The notes under the pieces: generated by a model
Seen by the model: the letters and a program-made list of their open reading frames with translations, nothing else
Told to the model about the DNA's origin: nothing
The model's database searches: none
Translations under genes and position numbers: made by a program
Source of the DNA: an uncultured delta proteobacterium
GTDB taxonomy: Bacteria > Myxococcota_A > Polyangia > Fen-1088
NCBI GenBank assembly: GCA_963755125.1
Contig: CAVWIP010000016.1
Coordinates: 64,001-128,000 of the forward strand
DNA length: 64,000 nt
Direction of reading: 5' to 3'
Shown here: piece after piece, positions 28,521-38,667 of the stretch
How the letters are laid out: every line of letters starts with the position of its first letter
How positions within the stretch are numbered: position 1 is the first letter of the stretch

Positions 28521-30263
28521 GTGAAGAGAGCGGAATCCCGGTCTGAATCCAGCGTCGACACGATCCTGCAGGTAGGCCAGCTCGTGGAGGGCAAATACCG
28601 GGTCGAGCACCTGCTCGGCCAAGGCGGAATGGCCGCGGTGTGGGCCGGCACCAATGAACGAACCGGCAAGCGAGTCGCATTGAAGGTCATTCTGCGCTCC
28701 CTGTCCACCATGCGGGTGGCACAGGGCCTCTTTCACAGCGAGGTTCTGGCCGCCAGCCTGGTCAACCATCCCAATGTGGTCACGGTCTTCGACGTCATCG
28801 AACATGAGGGAATGGCGTGCATCGTGATGGAGTTGCTCGAGGGCGAGCCGCTGAGCAGCTACATCGCGCGCTTCGGATTTCTCGCCGTCAAAGAAGCGAC
28901 GACGCTGCTCTTGCCAGCCATGCGAGGGGTGGCCGCGGCGAACGCGCAGGGCGTGATCCATCGAGATCTCAAGCCGCAGAACATCTTCATCTGCATGGAA
29001 CCCGACGGACGGATCGTGACCACCAAGGTGTTGGATTTCGGCATCTCGGTCATGGTGGCGCGAGGCCTGGACCCTTCGGCAGGGCCGGCCTTGCCCATGG
29101 GAACGCCGGCGTACATGTCGCCCGAGCACATTTGGGGCATGCCCGATATAGATGGGCGCGCCGACGTATACGGCTTCGGCGTGTTGCTGTACGAATCGTT
29201 GACCGGACGGGTGCCGTTCCCGGGGGAGCCCAGCCCGACGCTCTTCGACCGCATTCTGTACAAGCCCGCTATTCCAGCCACGACCGTCCGTCCCGATTTG
29301 CCGGCCGGCTTGCTGCGCATCATCGACAAGGCCATGGCCAAGGATCGCGAGCAGCGCTACCCGGACGTGAATTCGTTGGCGATGGCTCTCGAAGACGAAG
29401 TGATGATGCCCATCCCTGCACCGCGTTTGGCCACTCCGCGAGCTGGGGTACCTTCGCTTGCCGCGCACGATACCCTGTCTGACCCTCATGCGCCCGTGCC
29501 GCAGGCCGTTCTCAGCAGCGAGCCATCTGAGGAACACGAAGGGACACGAATCCTGTTCGGGTTCCCCCTGGAAACAGAGAGCAAGGAAAGCGCCTCCCCT
29601 GGAACGCCCGTTGCTGGCAACAGCGGCAACGGTGGCAACGATGGATCGCCACCCGGCTCGCGAGAGGCGGTGCCTTTGCCAGCCACAGATCGCGAAGCGG
29701 CTCCGGTAGCCGTGCGAGCTTCGCGGCCGAAGATGGGATCTCCTGGCATGGGCATCCCCGCTGCCCTTCGTGGTTGGGGTGGCTTGCTGGGCGCCGGGGT
29801 CGCGATCGCTGTCGGCTTCTTCGTGGTGTCGGCGGCGGTTCGAGGTGCCCGCAAGCTGCAGACACGCGCGCCGGCTCCCATCGTCAATAGCGCGCCGCCA
29901 GCCCGGGAGCCCGTCGTGCAGCCGGTTCTTCCCGCCGTGGTGTCGACCGCAACCATCGACCCGGTGGTGGTTCCCGCCCTTCTGACAATTTCCTCATCAC
30001 CACCCGCGGCTAGCTCGCTCGCAACGGGTGAACGTCGCCCCCCCCTGCGCCATGCACGCGATACGGCCGTTCCGCCGACTGCAAGCCGTCCACCCGTGGG
30101 GGTGCGAGAAACCCTGAACGATCTCCCGCCGCGACAGCAAGCTTTGCGCCGGGCCTCGGGCAGGCCTGAGCTGTCACAGGCGCCGGCGTCGAGGCAAAAG
30201 GCTGGTGCGTCGGCGAAGTCCCCAGCGCCGCGTGCCGGTACTCTCTCCAAAGACGACTTCTAG
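28521..30263 (+). CDS. Hanks-type Ser/Thr protein kinase with TM and Pro-rich extracytoplasmic tail
   Basis: GQGGMA, VALK, HRDLKPQN, DFG, GTPAYMSPE; probable GTG start after GGAGG. Confidence 0.92.
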   Translation: MKRAESRSESSVDTILQVGQLVEGKYRVEHLLGQGGMAAVWAGTNERTGKRVALKVILRSLSTMRVAQGLFHSEVLAASLVNHPNVVTVFDVIEHEGMACIVMELLEGEPLSSYIARFGFLAVKEATTLLLPAMRGVAAANAQGVIHRDLKPQNIFICMEPDGRIVTTKVLDFGISVMVARGLDPSAGPALPMGTPAYMSPEHIWGMPDIDGRADVYGFGVLLYESLTGRVPFPGEPSPTLFDRILYKPAIPATTVRPDLPAGLLRIIDKAMAKDREQRYPDVNSLAMALEDEVMMPIPAPRLATPRAGVPSLAAHDTLSDPHAPVPQAVLSSEPSEEHEGTRILFGFPLETESKESASPGTPVAGNSGNGGNDGSPPGSREAVPLPATDREAAPVAVRASRPKMGSPGMGIPAALRGWGGLLGAGVAIAVGFFVVSAAVRGARKLQTRAPAPIVNSAPPAREPVVQPVLPAVVSTATIDPVVVPALLTISSSPPAASSLATGERRPPLRHARDTAVPPTASRPPVGVRETLNDLPPRQQALRRASGRPELSQAPASRQKAGASAKSPAPRAGTLSKDDF

Positions 30264-30326
30264 CGGAACGGCGTTGCTCGGCAGACCAGGGAGTACCCGG
30301 TGCGCTTTCTGCCACCAAGGGACGCT

Positions 30327-31655
30327 TCACTCGCACTTCGAGAGAAACACGCCCATTACAAACTCGCCCGCCGTGTTGTCGGCCGAGGTGACGGCGAGGT
30401 CGAGGAGTCCATCACCGTTGAAGTCAGCCACGGCCAGCGCGTCAGGGCTTCCCGCAATCGTGTAGCTCACAGGAGCGAGCAACGTGCCGTCGCCCGCATT
30501 GGCGAGCAACAGCACCACGCCATTGCGGTCGTCCGGCGAGGTCTGCACCACGACGATGTCGACGTGGCCATCGCCATTGAAATCCGCCGCAACCACCCCG
30601 CCGCCCGTGCTCGGATACCCCACTCCCGGTGCGGCTGTGCCACTGCCCGCGTTCGCGTAGCTCGCCTGCAAGGTGAATGTGCCGTCGCCCGCGTTGAAGA
30701 ACACGCTCAGAGTGTTGTCCACGCTGTTGGTGGCGGCGATGTCGGCTGCGCCGTCGCCATTCAGGTCGCCCACGGCGACCGATGCGGTGCCATTGCCCGA
30801 GGGATAGCTCACCTGCGGGGCAAAGGTCCCATCGCCTTGGTTGATAAGGACATTGACCGTGCCCGCTCCCAGCCCGGTCGGGAGGCAGCGCGCCCCTGGG
30901 CACGTGCCCGCCAGTTCGGCGTTGCTGACCACGATGTCGGGGAAGCCGTCGCCATTGAGATCGCCCACCGCGATCGAATCGACCACGTCGCCCGCGGCGT
31001 AGGTGATCGGCGCGGCGAAGCCAGCATTGCCATCCCCGAAAAGTATGTCGACCGCCCCATCTTGCGTGGTGACCGCGAGGTCGGGGTGGCCGTCGCGATT
31101 GAAGTCGGCCGCGGCCGTGGCAACCGCTGATTGCGGTCCCGCAAGGGTAAGCAAGGAGGCAAAGGTACCGTCACCCTGATTGACGAAAAGATCGATCTGG
31201 TCGAGCACGGTGAGCACCGCGAAGTCGGGCTTGCCATCGCCATTGAAGTCGCCCACGGCCACGGAGGTTGCTTCCATGTCCGTGTTGTAGGAGGCGGCCG
31301 GCGCGAAGGCGCCGTTTCCCTGATTCAGGAAGACGCTCGCCCGGACCGCTCCGCTGGCGGCGGTCGAAGGAGTCCCGTTTCCCCAGGCAGTGACCACGAC
31401 ATCGGGATGGCCATCGCCGTTGAAATCACCGACCGCGATGGACGTGTCGCCCGAACTCACGTAGGTCGACTCCGGCGCAAACCCCGCCCATCGGCACGCG
31501 CGTGCGTCGGCCGAATTTGCGACCGAATCGATGGTTGCGTCCGCAAACGCCCCTGAACCCGCCGCTGCGTCCGACTTGCGGAATGACGATCCCTGCCCGG
31601 TGCGCCCGCACCCTGCTAGTAAAAGAACGAGTGCACAGGTTCGACAAGCGTGCAT
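30327..31655 (-). CDS. FG-GAP/VCBS-repeat beta-propeller lipoprotein
   Basis: Lipobox LLAGC; seven '(G/A)D(F/L)N(G/R)DG..D' repeats. Confidence 0.85.
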   Translation of the reverse strand: MHACRTCALVLLLAGCGRTGQGSSFRKSDAAAGSGAFADATIDSVANSADARACRWAGFAPESTYVSSGDTSIAVGDFNGDGHPDVVVTAWGNGTPSTAASGAVRASVFLNQGNGAFAPAASYNTDMEATSVAVGDFNGDGKPDFAVLTVLDQIDLFVNQGDGTFASLLTLAGPQSAVATAAADFNRDGHPDLAVTTQDGAVDILFGDGNAGFAAPITYAAGDVVDSIAVGDLNGDGFPDIVVSNAELAGTCPGARCLPTGLGAGTVNVLINQGDGTFAPQVSYPSGNGTASVAVGDLNGDGAADIAATNSVDNTLSVFFNAGDGTFTLQASYANAGSGTAAPGVGYPSTGGGVVAADFNGDGHVDIVVVQTSPDDRNGVVLLLANAGDGTLLAPVSYTIAGSPDALAVADFNGDGLLDLAVTSADNTAGEFVMGVFLSKCE

Positions 31656-31729
31656 CACGAGATCCTCCCCGGTTGAGTGTAGCTCACCAGCCGAGCAGGA
31701 GGGGAGTGTGCTCAGCACCGCAGGTGCCA

Positions 31730-31957
31730 TTGGATGACCCCATCAGGTCGGAGCTGTTGTGGTTCGTGATCTTTCCCTACCTGCACCTTTCCTATTTCTG
31801 GCTGATCGTCATCGGCGAAGGCTTCGCTTTCCTGGCCGAGGCGGCCCACTTCGCTTTCCTATTCCGCCGCCGCCGCGCACTGCCGTGGTCCGCTCTTGCC
31901 AACACCGCAAGTTTCAGCACCGGGATGCTCAGCCGGCGGCCGTTCGGGATGCCATAG
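31730..31957 (+). pseudogene. Probable 3' fragment of a small membrane-protein gene
   Basis: Hydrophobic frame LLWFVIFPYL...EGFAFLAEA...ANTASF with no convincing start. Confidence 0.3.
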
Positions 31958-32119
31958 CGCCTGTGGCTGGCTGCGCCCCGAAACGCAGCGCCGATCTTTC
32001 AACGGCTAGATGAGCATGAGCCCCGCGGCCATGCAAAAAACCGCCGGCTTCGATATACTCCGAACCCCGCAAGGCGATTGTCGTCCCGGTCCCTCACCCC
32101 CAAGCCGGACTTTTCCACC

Positions 32120-32545
32120 ATGAGCGAACTACCCGATTGCTTCTACTGTCGCAAGGATCAGCGTTTGCATGATCTCATGATCGAGATTGCGCCGCTCGGC
32201 GTGTCGACTCTCTACCTGTTCAAGGAGCAGACCCACCCCGGCCGTTGCGTGGTCGCCTACCGCGGCCACGTCAACGAGTTCTTCGAACTGCCAGAGGCAG
32301 AACTCACGCTCTACAGCAAGGACGTCGCGCGCGCGGCCAGGGCCATCAAGACTGCCTTTGCTCCCAGCAAGATCAATTACGGCGCCTACTCCGACAAATT
32401 GCCGCACCTGCATTTCCATCTGGTGCCGAAATACCAGGGCGGCCCCGGCTTCGGCAACACCTTCGAGATGCTGCCCTCCCCAAAGAAGCTGCTTTCCGAC
32501 GGGGAATACGCCAGCACCATCAAGGCGATCAAGGCTGCGCTCTGA
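32120..32545 (+). CDS. HIT family hydrolase
   Basis: N-terminal CFYC and histidine triad 'PHLHFHLVP'. Confidence 0.9.
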   Translation: MSELPDCFYCRKDQRLHDLMIEIAPLGVSTLYLFKEQTHPGRCVVAYRGHVNEFFELPEAELTLYSKDVARAARAIKTAFAPSKINYGAYSDKLPHLHFHLVPKYQGGPGFGNTFEMLPSPKKLLSDGEYASTIKAIKAAL

Positions 32546-32658
32546 TCGCGCCCCATTTCGCCGGCGAGGCTATGCGCGACGCGCGTCGAGGAGGCGCGCA
32601 TAGATGACCATCTGGTTCTCTGCGCTCCTTCCGGCGTTGGCTTCCCCGTCCACGTTCC

Positions 32659-34593
32659 CTACGGGTCATCCAGAACCATGAAAGCAAACAACGAGTACCC
32701 GTTTGCATTGCCCCGTTGCGTGCCATTCATCCGCACATACCGTGCCGTGGTCTTGGTAAAGGTAACGTCAGTCACCGAATACGACGCCCCGACGGTCGTG
32801 CTGTAGGCATCTGTCCATGTCGTGGAATCGGTTGACGTCTGAATGTCGAAGGACTTGCCATAATCCGTGTACCACTTGAGAATGACCCGGTCGATTTCCA
32901 TGGCCGAGCCAAGGTCCACCATGATCCACTGTGGGTCGCTGGCATCACTCTCCCAGCGGTAATTTGTGTAGGTCTGATAGGTCGTGGCCGTCGTCACGGC
33001 CGAAGCCGGGTTTGCGGCGGTCGCCGAGGACGCGGTGGCCGTCTTGCCGAGAGCCAGGTCGCGCGAGGTTCGATCGAAGGCCCGCCACGTGCCGGTGATC
33101 ACGTTCAAATCCCAATCCTGATAATAATTCATAGTCGGCACGCCGGTGGCATCGAAATCCATCGGGAGCCACACATAATCGCCCTGGCTCCCTCCCGTTG
33201 GTTCCCAACGGTCGCCATCGTACATGTAGACCGTCCCTTGCGAGCCCGCGAACGGAAAAACGAAATCGCACTGGGTCGCCCACGAGGTGGTCGAGCCAGG
33301 CGTGTTCAACGTCGTGGCCGCCGACCACGGACCTGCCAAATTAGTTGCGGTATTGTATTCCGTGGCGGTTGGGCTGATTCCAGCGGTGCGGGAGGTCCCG
33401 TAATAGTAGGTACCATTGCGTTTGAAGATGTGAGGAGCTTCACGACTGGGGACATCCCACAGATAGACTCGCTCAGCCAGGGTCAAGTAGTCCGCCGACA
33501 TTCGGTATATGCCGTGCTCGCGATTGGGGCCAGTTTCCCACCAGACATAGGCCAGGTAGGCTTGTCCATCGTCATCCTGAAACATCGACATATCGCCGAT
33601 GAAGTACCCATCCACAAGAGTCTGACTCAGAAACGTGAATGGTCCGTTAGGAGTGGACGAGGTGGCAATGCCTAAATAGGCGGAGTTTCCAATGTACTTG
33701 AGGAAGATCACATATTGTTGTGTGGTGGCATTGTACAGAATGTCCATGCGGTTGGCATCGCCGGTTGTCGTGAGCACGATACCCTTGAAGGTCCAATGGA
33801 TGAGATCGGGAGACGAATAGCAGTTTTGGTTGTGGTCGTCCGGGGCTCCGCCACACCAATAGTAGAGGTCACCGAACTGGCGCAACGCTCCGCTTCGCAC
33901 GTTGATCAAGTTGCCGTCCGTGTCGTACCAGAAGAAGTCGTTGTGGATTGTCACCCAGCCCGTCGTTGCTACTCCGCCATCGGCGCCGCCGGAGGCGGTA
34001 CTGCCGCCAGGGGCGGTCGAGCCGCCAGCCATGCTGCCGCCGGTTCTCGCCGTGCCGCCCACAAGACTGCCGCCAGCAACGCTGCCACCAGCTACGCTCC
34101 CCCCAGCCACGCTCCCCCCAGCCACGCTCCCCCCAGCCACGCTGCCGCCGGTTCTACCCGTGCCACCAGTGCCGCCCCTCCCACTGGTGCTGCCGCCGGT
34201 TGCAGTCTGTCCGCCTACCACGGTCGTGCCGCCGGTCACAACGCCGCCACCCGTTCCCGTGCTTCCGCCGGCTTGGGTGTTCACGTCCGGCTGGGCGGCA
34301 TCCTGACCGCCAGCTGCGGTGGCGCTTGCGCCGGCAACGCCGCCTGTGCTCACTGATCTGCCGCCAGCACCTCCGACTGGCGGGCCACTCGTGCCCCCGC
34401 TGGTTGCCGTCTGCCCGCCTGCGCCGGTCGTGCCGCCCGTGCTTGCCGTGCTGCCCGTGGCGCCGGCCCCGCCGGCTTGAACGCTTGCGTCGCTGCGAAC
34501 GCCTCCCGAGCCACTCCCGCTGCAACCTGCGGCCAGCGGTACCGCGATCAGCAGTGCCAGGACAAGAGCATGCGCTTTGCGAATCGTGTTCAT
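32659..34593 (-). CDS. Lipoprotein glycoside hydrolase family 43 (GH43_24-like) with C-terminal CBM32/discoidin domain
   Basis: Lipobox LAAGC, Gly/Thr linker, 'YSSPDLIHW', 'FQDDDG.AY', 'REAP', 'GDRW'; 'DPQWIMVDLG', 'ARYVRM'. Confidence 0.85.
   Translation of the reverse strand: MNTIRKAHALVLALLIAVPLAAGCSGSGSGGVRSDASVQAGGAGATGSTASTGGTTGAGGQTATSGGTSGPPVGGAGGRSVSTGGVAGASATAAGGQDAAQPDVNTQAGGSTGTGGGVVTGGTTVVGGQTATGGSTSGRGGTGGTGRTGGSVAGGSVAGGSVAGGSVAGGSVAGGSLVGGTARTGGSMAGGSTAPGGSTASGGADGGVATTGWVTIHNDFFWYDTDGNLINVRSGALRQFGDLYYWCGGAPDDHNQNCYSSPDLIHWTFKGIVLTTTGDANRMDILYNATTQQYVIFLKYIGNSAYLGIATSSTPNGPFTFLSQTLVDGYFIGDMSMFQDDDGQAYLAYVWWETGPNREHGIYRMSADYLTLAERVYLWDVPSREAPHIFKRNGTYYYGTSRTAGISPTATEYNTATNLAGPWSAATTLNTPGSTTSWATQCDFVFPFAGSQGTVYMYDGDRWEPTGGSQGDYVWLPMDFDATGVPTMNYYQDWDLNVITGTWRAFDRTSRDLALGKTATASSATAANPASAVTTATTYQTYTNYRWESDASDPQWIMVDLGSAMEIDRVILKWYTDYGKSFDIQTSTDSTTWTDAYSTTVGASYSVTDVTFTKTTARYVRMNGTQRGNANGYSLFAFMVLDDP
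34076..34150. repeat. 15-bp coding tandem repeat x5 (GGSVA)
   Basis: gccacgctcccccca-like units in the GH43 linker. Confidence 0.85.
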
Positions 34594-34734
34594 GGCTTCC
34601 CCCGAAATGGTAGACGGCCCAGCTAGTGGAGAAGTGCCGTATTCCTGGTCGGGCGGCTCAGGCAATTTGCATCGCCGGCCCTGACAGCCGAGGACGCGAA
34701 ACGGATCGCGACACGGCCCGGCTACTGCCACCGG

Positions 34735-35256
34735 TCAGTCGTCGCGCTTGCCATTCCGGCCTCTCCGCCTGCGGCGGACAAGGACAAGCACCAGGATCGC
34801 GGCCGCCAAGAGGACGAGCACTCCGGCGACGGGAGTTCCGCGCAAAATTGGCGTGACTTCGAGCGTGGCGCGGACGAGACCGCCGACCAAGCGCACGAGA
34901 AAGGCGCCGAAGCGAATCAGCAGCGGCACCATGAGGAACAGCGCGACGATCTGCAGCCAGCGGATCTGCTTGCGAGAAAGGGCGGCCGAGGCCGTCGCAA
35001 AGGGCTGGCCGGTGCCGCTCACAAAGGCTTGACCGCTATCGTAGGCGGCCCGGCGCGCGGGATCTGAGAGGATCTCGTAGGCCCGGTTGATCTCGGCCAT
35101 CTTTTCGCTGGCCAGTTCCTCCAGTGGATTGCCCTGGTGCCGGTCAGGATGGTACTTCGCCACCAGCGCGTGGTAGGCCGCGCGAATCTCGACCTCGCTG
35201 GCCGTGCGCGCGAGCCCCAAAACGGAATAGGGATCGGTCTCCGTCTTGGGCGTCAT
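34735..35256 (-). CDS. J-domain (DnaJ-type) protein with two C-terminal TM segments
   Basis: 'DPYSVLG', HPD motif, 'EINRAYEILSDP..R..YD'; ATGA overlap with hflC. Confidence 0.85.
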   Translation of the reverse strand: MTPKTETDPYSVLGLARTASEVEIRAAYHALVAKYHPDRHQGNPLEELASEKMAEINRAYEILSDPARRAAYDSGQAFVSGTGQPFATASAALSRKQIRWLQIVALFLMVPLLIRFGAFLVRLVGGLVRATLEVTPILRGTPVAGVLVLLAAAILVLVLVRRRRRGRNGKRDD

Positions 35257-36230
35257 CGGTTGGGAATCACGCTCTTCCCGGCAGTTCCGGCGGCGCTTTG
35301 CGACTGCAGGTAGCGGAAGACATCGGTGCTGGTGGACAGGACCAGCCAGCTCTCCTTGTCGATGGTGCTGTGGTAGGTTTCCATCGTCTTGAGGAAACGG
35401 TAGAGTTCGCGATTGCGGTTGTAGGCCTCGGCATAGATCGAGGTTGCTTCGGCATCGCCGCGCCCCATGATTTCCTGGGTCTTGCGATAGGCCTCGGATT
35501 CGATCACTTTCAGCTCGCGCTCCTTCTTGCCCCGCACCTCGGCGCTCTTGCCCTGTCCCTCGGAACGGTGGCGGTCGGCGATGCGCTTGCGCTCGGAGAT
35601 CATGCGGTCGAAGACCTTGGCCTGCACGCTCTCGATGTAGTTGACCCGCTGGATCTGCACGTCGACCAGCTCGATGCCGTAGTCGGGAACCACGTGCGAA
35701 ACCCGTTCCAGAATCAGCCGCGTGATCTTGTCCCGCCCCAGCTCGATCTGGCGCATCGACTCGGCTTCCATGATGTCTTCCGCCTCCTCGCCCTTCTCGA
35801 AGGCGCGGTTGGTGGTGCGCACTACCTCAATGAGATCGTGACTGGCGATCACGTTGCGGGTTTCTCCGTCGATGATGTCATCCAGGCGCGACTGGGCCCG
35901 GCGTTCGTCGCGCAAGCGCTGGAAAAACAGCAACGGGTTGGCGATGCGCCAGCGCGCGTAGGTTTCCACGCCGATGTACTTCTTGTCGCGGGTGGGAACC
36001 TGGTTGGCGTTGCCGTTCCATTCCAGCCAGCGCTTGTCGAACACGTTGGCTTCCTGGGCGAACGGTATCTTCACGTGCAAGCCGGCCTGGGTGACGGCCT
36101 GCCCCATCGGCTCGCCGAACTGGGTGATGATGACCTGTTCGGTCTCGGAGACCGTGTACAGCGCGGACGACAGCGTCACCAGCCCCAGCAGCGCGAAGGC
36201 AGCGACGATGAGCAGTGAACGGCGGCTCAT
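35253..36230 (-). CDS. hflC: FtsH modulator HflC
   Basis: TM plus 'VIITQFGEP', 'GLHVKIPF', 'VFDRMISERKRIA..HRSEG', 'YRFLKTMETY'. Confidence 0.92.
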   Translation of the reverse strand: MSRRSLLIVAAFALLGLVTLSSALYTVSETEQVIITQFGEPMGQAVTQAGLHVKIPFAQEANVFDKRWLEWNGNANQVPTRDKKYIGVETYARWRIANPLLFFQRLRDERRAQSRLDDIIDGETRNVIASHDLIEVVRTTNRAFEKGEEAEDIMEAESMRQIELGRDKITRLILERVSHVVPDYGIELVDVQIQRVNYIESVQAKVFDRMISERKRIADRHRSEGQGKSAEVRGKKERELKVIESEAYRKTQEIMGRGDAEATSIYAEAYNRNRELYRFLKTMETYHSTIDKESWLVLSTSTDVFRYLQSQSAAGTAGKSVIPNR

Positions 36231-37243
36231 GGCTTGCCCTCCTGGACCGGGCCGAGAGGAAACATGGGCAAGATGCCTTTGGCCTTTTCGTCGAAGATCA
36301 GTTTCTTGCCGGCCGTGGGCAGGACCGCCGCCAGGGTTTCGAGATAGATCCGGGTGCGCGTCACTTCCGGGGCCTTGCGATATTCCTCCTCCAGCGCATT
36401 GAATCGCTGGGCATCGCCCTTGGCCCGGTTCACCCGGTCGATGGCGTAGCCCTCGGCTGCCTGGATCTTCTGTTCGGCCAGCCCGCGCGCCCGCGGGATC
36501 TCCTGGTTGTATTCGGCCCACGCCTCGTTGATGGCGCGCTCACGCTCCTGGATGGCCTGGTTGACCGCATTGAACGACGGCCGCACCGCCTCGGGCGGAT
36601 CCACGTCCTGCAAAATGAGTTGCTGGACCGAGATGCCGTTGTCGTACAGCTTGCACAGGTTTGACAGCAACTCTTTGGCCTTGGCGGCGATCGATTCGCG
36701 CCCCACGGTGAGAAGCTCGGTGACGCTGTGATCGCCCACCACCGTGCGCATCGACGCCTCGGTCATCAGGCGGAAGGTTTCCTCCACGTCGCGCATGCGG
36801 AACAAGTATTTGTACGGGTCCGAGATCTTGTACTGGACGATCCACTCGACCGTGGCCACGTTGAGGTCCCCGGTCAGCATGACCGACTCGGCGTCCGTCT
36901 TCTCGTCCTTGTGGAACGAGCTCTGAATGTCGGCGCGGGCGGTGCGAAAGCCGAACTCCTGCTTGAGCTGGCGCTGCACCGGGACCTTCTGCACCTGTTC
37001 GATGCCGAAGGGGATCTTGGCGTGCGGTCCGGGATTGCAGGTGCGCACGAAACGCCCGAAGCGCGTGACCAGTCCGACCTCGTCCGGTTCGACCTGATAG
37101 TACGCGCCGTACAGAGCCACCAGTCCGACGATGGCCAGCGCGACGAAGGTCAAGGCCTTGCGCGATTTGCGCAGCCGAAATCCTGCCTCGCGTGCGAGAC
37201 GCGAGAACTCATCCGGATCAAAACCAACACCCTGGGTTGCCAT
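36227..37243 (-). CDS. hflK: FtsH modulator HflK
   Basis: 'MLTGDLN', 'FNAVNQA.QERE..INEA..EYN..IPRARG', 'APEVTRTRIYLET'. Confidence 0.92.
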   Translation of the reverse strand: MATQGVGFDPDEFSRLAREAGFRLRKSRKALTFVALAIVGLVALYGAYYQVEPDEVGLVTRFGRFVRTCNPGPHAKIPFGIEQVQKVPVQRQLKQEFGFRTARADIQSSFHKDEKTDAESVMLTGDLNVATVEWIVQYKISDPYKYLFRMRDVEETFRLMTEASMRTVVGDHSVTELLTVGRESIAAKAKELLSNLCKLYDNGISVQQLILQDVDPPEAVRPSFNAVNQAIQERERAINEAWAEYNQEIPRARGLAEQKIQAAEGYAIDRVNRAKGDAQRFNALEEEYRKAPEVTRTRIYLETLAAVLPTAGKKLIFDEKAKGILPMFPLGPVQEGKP

Positions 37244-37368
37244 GCTCCCTTCTCTCAGAGTCTTGGGGAAAACTCAACTGCAGTTCCATCCGCCTCTATC
37301 ATCTAATGCGTTCCTTCCCGAAACGTCGGTCTGGTCGACAAATGAGCTGCCAGCTACACTTGGCCGCG

Positions 37369-37779
37369 ATGTTCAAACGTATCGCGCACATCTGTCTGAA
37401 CGTGAGAAATCTGCAGCAGTCGCTGGACTTCTACACGCGACTGGGACTTGTTCCTGTGTTCCGCTTCACGCGCAAAGGCGCGCGCTTCGGCGTCTACCTC
37501 AAGCTCGCCGACTCAGCCTTCATCGAGATATTCGAGGATCCCACGCTGGAAAAGCCAGTGAACACCGGTATCGTCCACTTCTGCCTGGAGACTGAGGATC
37601 TGGACCGCCTGACGGCTGACCTGCAAACGCGCGGCATCGCATGTTCCGAGAAAAAACTCGGGTGCGACCATACCTGGCAGATCTGGCTGAAGGATCCCGA
37701 CGGCAACGCCTTCGAGGTCCATCAGTACACGCCCAAGAGCATGCAGTTCACCGGCGGCACGGTCGAAGCGGACTGGTAG
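37369..37779 (+). CDS. VOC (glyoxalase) family protein
   Basis: 'IAHICLNV..L..SLDFY', 'HFCLE', 'DPDGNAFE'. Confidence 0.88.
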   Translation: MFKRIAHICLNVRNLQQSLDFYTRLGLVPVFRFTRKGARFGVYLKLADSAFIEIFEDPTLEKPVNTGIVHFCLETEDLDRLTADLQTRGIACSEKKLGCDHTWQIWLKDPDGNAFEVHQYTPKSMQFTGGTVEADW

Positions 37780-37799
37780 CCGGCAGGTGCGCCATGGGC

Positions 37800-38231
37800 G
37801 TTCGTCAGGGCACCTCGACGAGGAGCTCCCCAGCTTCTCCTCGCATCGCTCGGGTACGCCGGTTGCCATCACGCGCTTGTCGTTCTCGATGACAGCAGTA
37901 GCGACTCCCGGATCATCGTAGAAGTCACGGTCGTCGTGGCCCAGGATCCGCTCTGCCGGCTTCCCCACCACCCTGCGTGCCGCGGGGTTGAGCAGCACCA
38001 CCCGGCTGTCGGCGTCCTTGCGTAGACCGCGTCCGGGGTCGTGTCGATCACGGTGTGCAGCAGCGCCTCGCGCTGCAACGCCTGCTCTAGCTCCTTCCGG
38101 CCGGTGATGTTGTCGAAGACCGCGACGAGGTGCTCCTGCTTCGGCCTGCATACGAAGATTGCCAGCCACTGACCGATCGGCTTGAACTCGATCGAGCACT
38201 CGGGGTCGGTCAAGGCTTTCACTATTGCCAC
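37800..38231 (-). pseudogene. Frameshifted, truncated PAS-domain sensor remnant
   Basis: 'VAVFDNITGRKELEQAL..LLHTVIDTTPDAVY' continues in another frame near 38020 as 'KDADSRVVLLNPAA..GKPAERILG'. Confidence 0.7.
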
Positions 38232-38255
38232 CGCTAGTTCGAAGATGGACTAAAA

Positions 38256-38487
38256 TGAGCGCAGGCTTCGTGGACTCCAAGATGAACCTAGTGGAACTGA
38301 AGAGGACAGGCTGGACACGAGTAGACGGCGTGTCGTCGCCAGCCGAGTTGCTTGAATTGGGCAGGGTGCTTGGCACTCCGATTCCCAGTCCGAATGGTGA
38401 AATGGTGAGGAATACTACGGGTTGGCAGATCCGGACAGCATCATCGCGGAATTCCTTGAGAACCAGCGTGAGTACGACAACGAGTAA
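38256..38487 (+). pseudogene. Chimeric remnant: dioxygenase-like N-terminus joined to an unrelated C-terminal fragment
   Basis: MNLVELKRTGWTRV..LLELGRVLGTP (TauD-like start), then in another frame EEYYGLADPDSIIAEFLENQREYDNE*; aatggtga is duplicated at the junction (38393-38408). Confidence 0.4.
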
Positions 38488-38667
38488 GGTAGACCAACGT
38501 CGCGGTCAATAGCCCGGCTCCGCGGTTCACGCGCGGGTGCGGTGCCAGCGTCCTCCCGGAGTTCTCTTTGAACGTCGCGGGCAGCGCCCGTGAGCGCCGT
38601 TGATCGAAGTGACGATTGGCGGAGGCGACTGCTCGCGGGGGCCGGTCAGCAGCGATCGTCGGCTGGA

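Noticed and set aside
38488..38640. Possible integron attC site after a stop codon
   Set aside because: No proper RYYYAAC...GTTRRRY pair with complementary arms, and no integrase or cassette array
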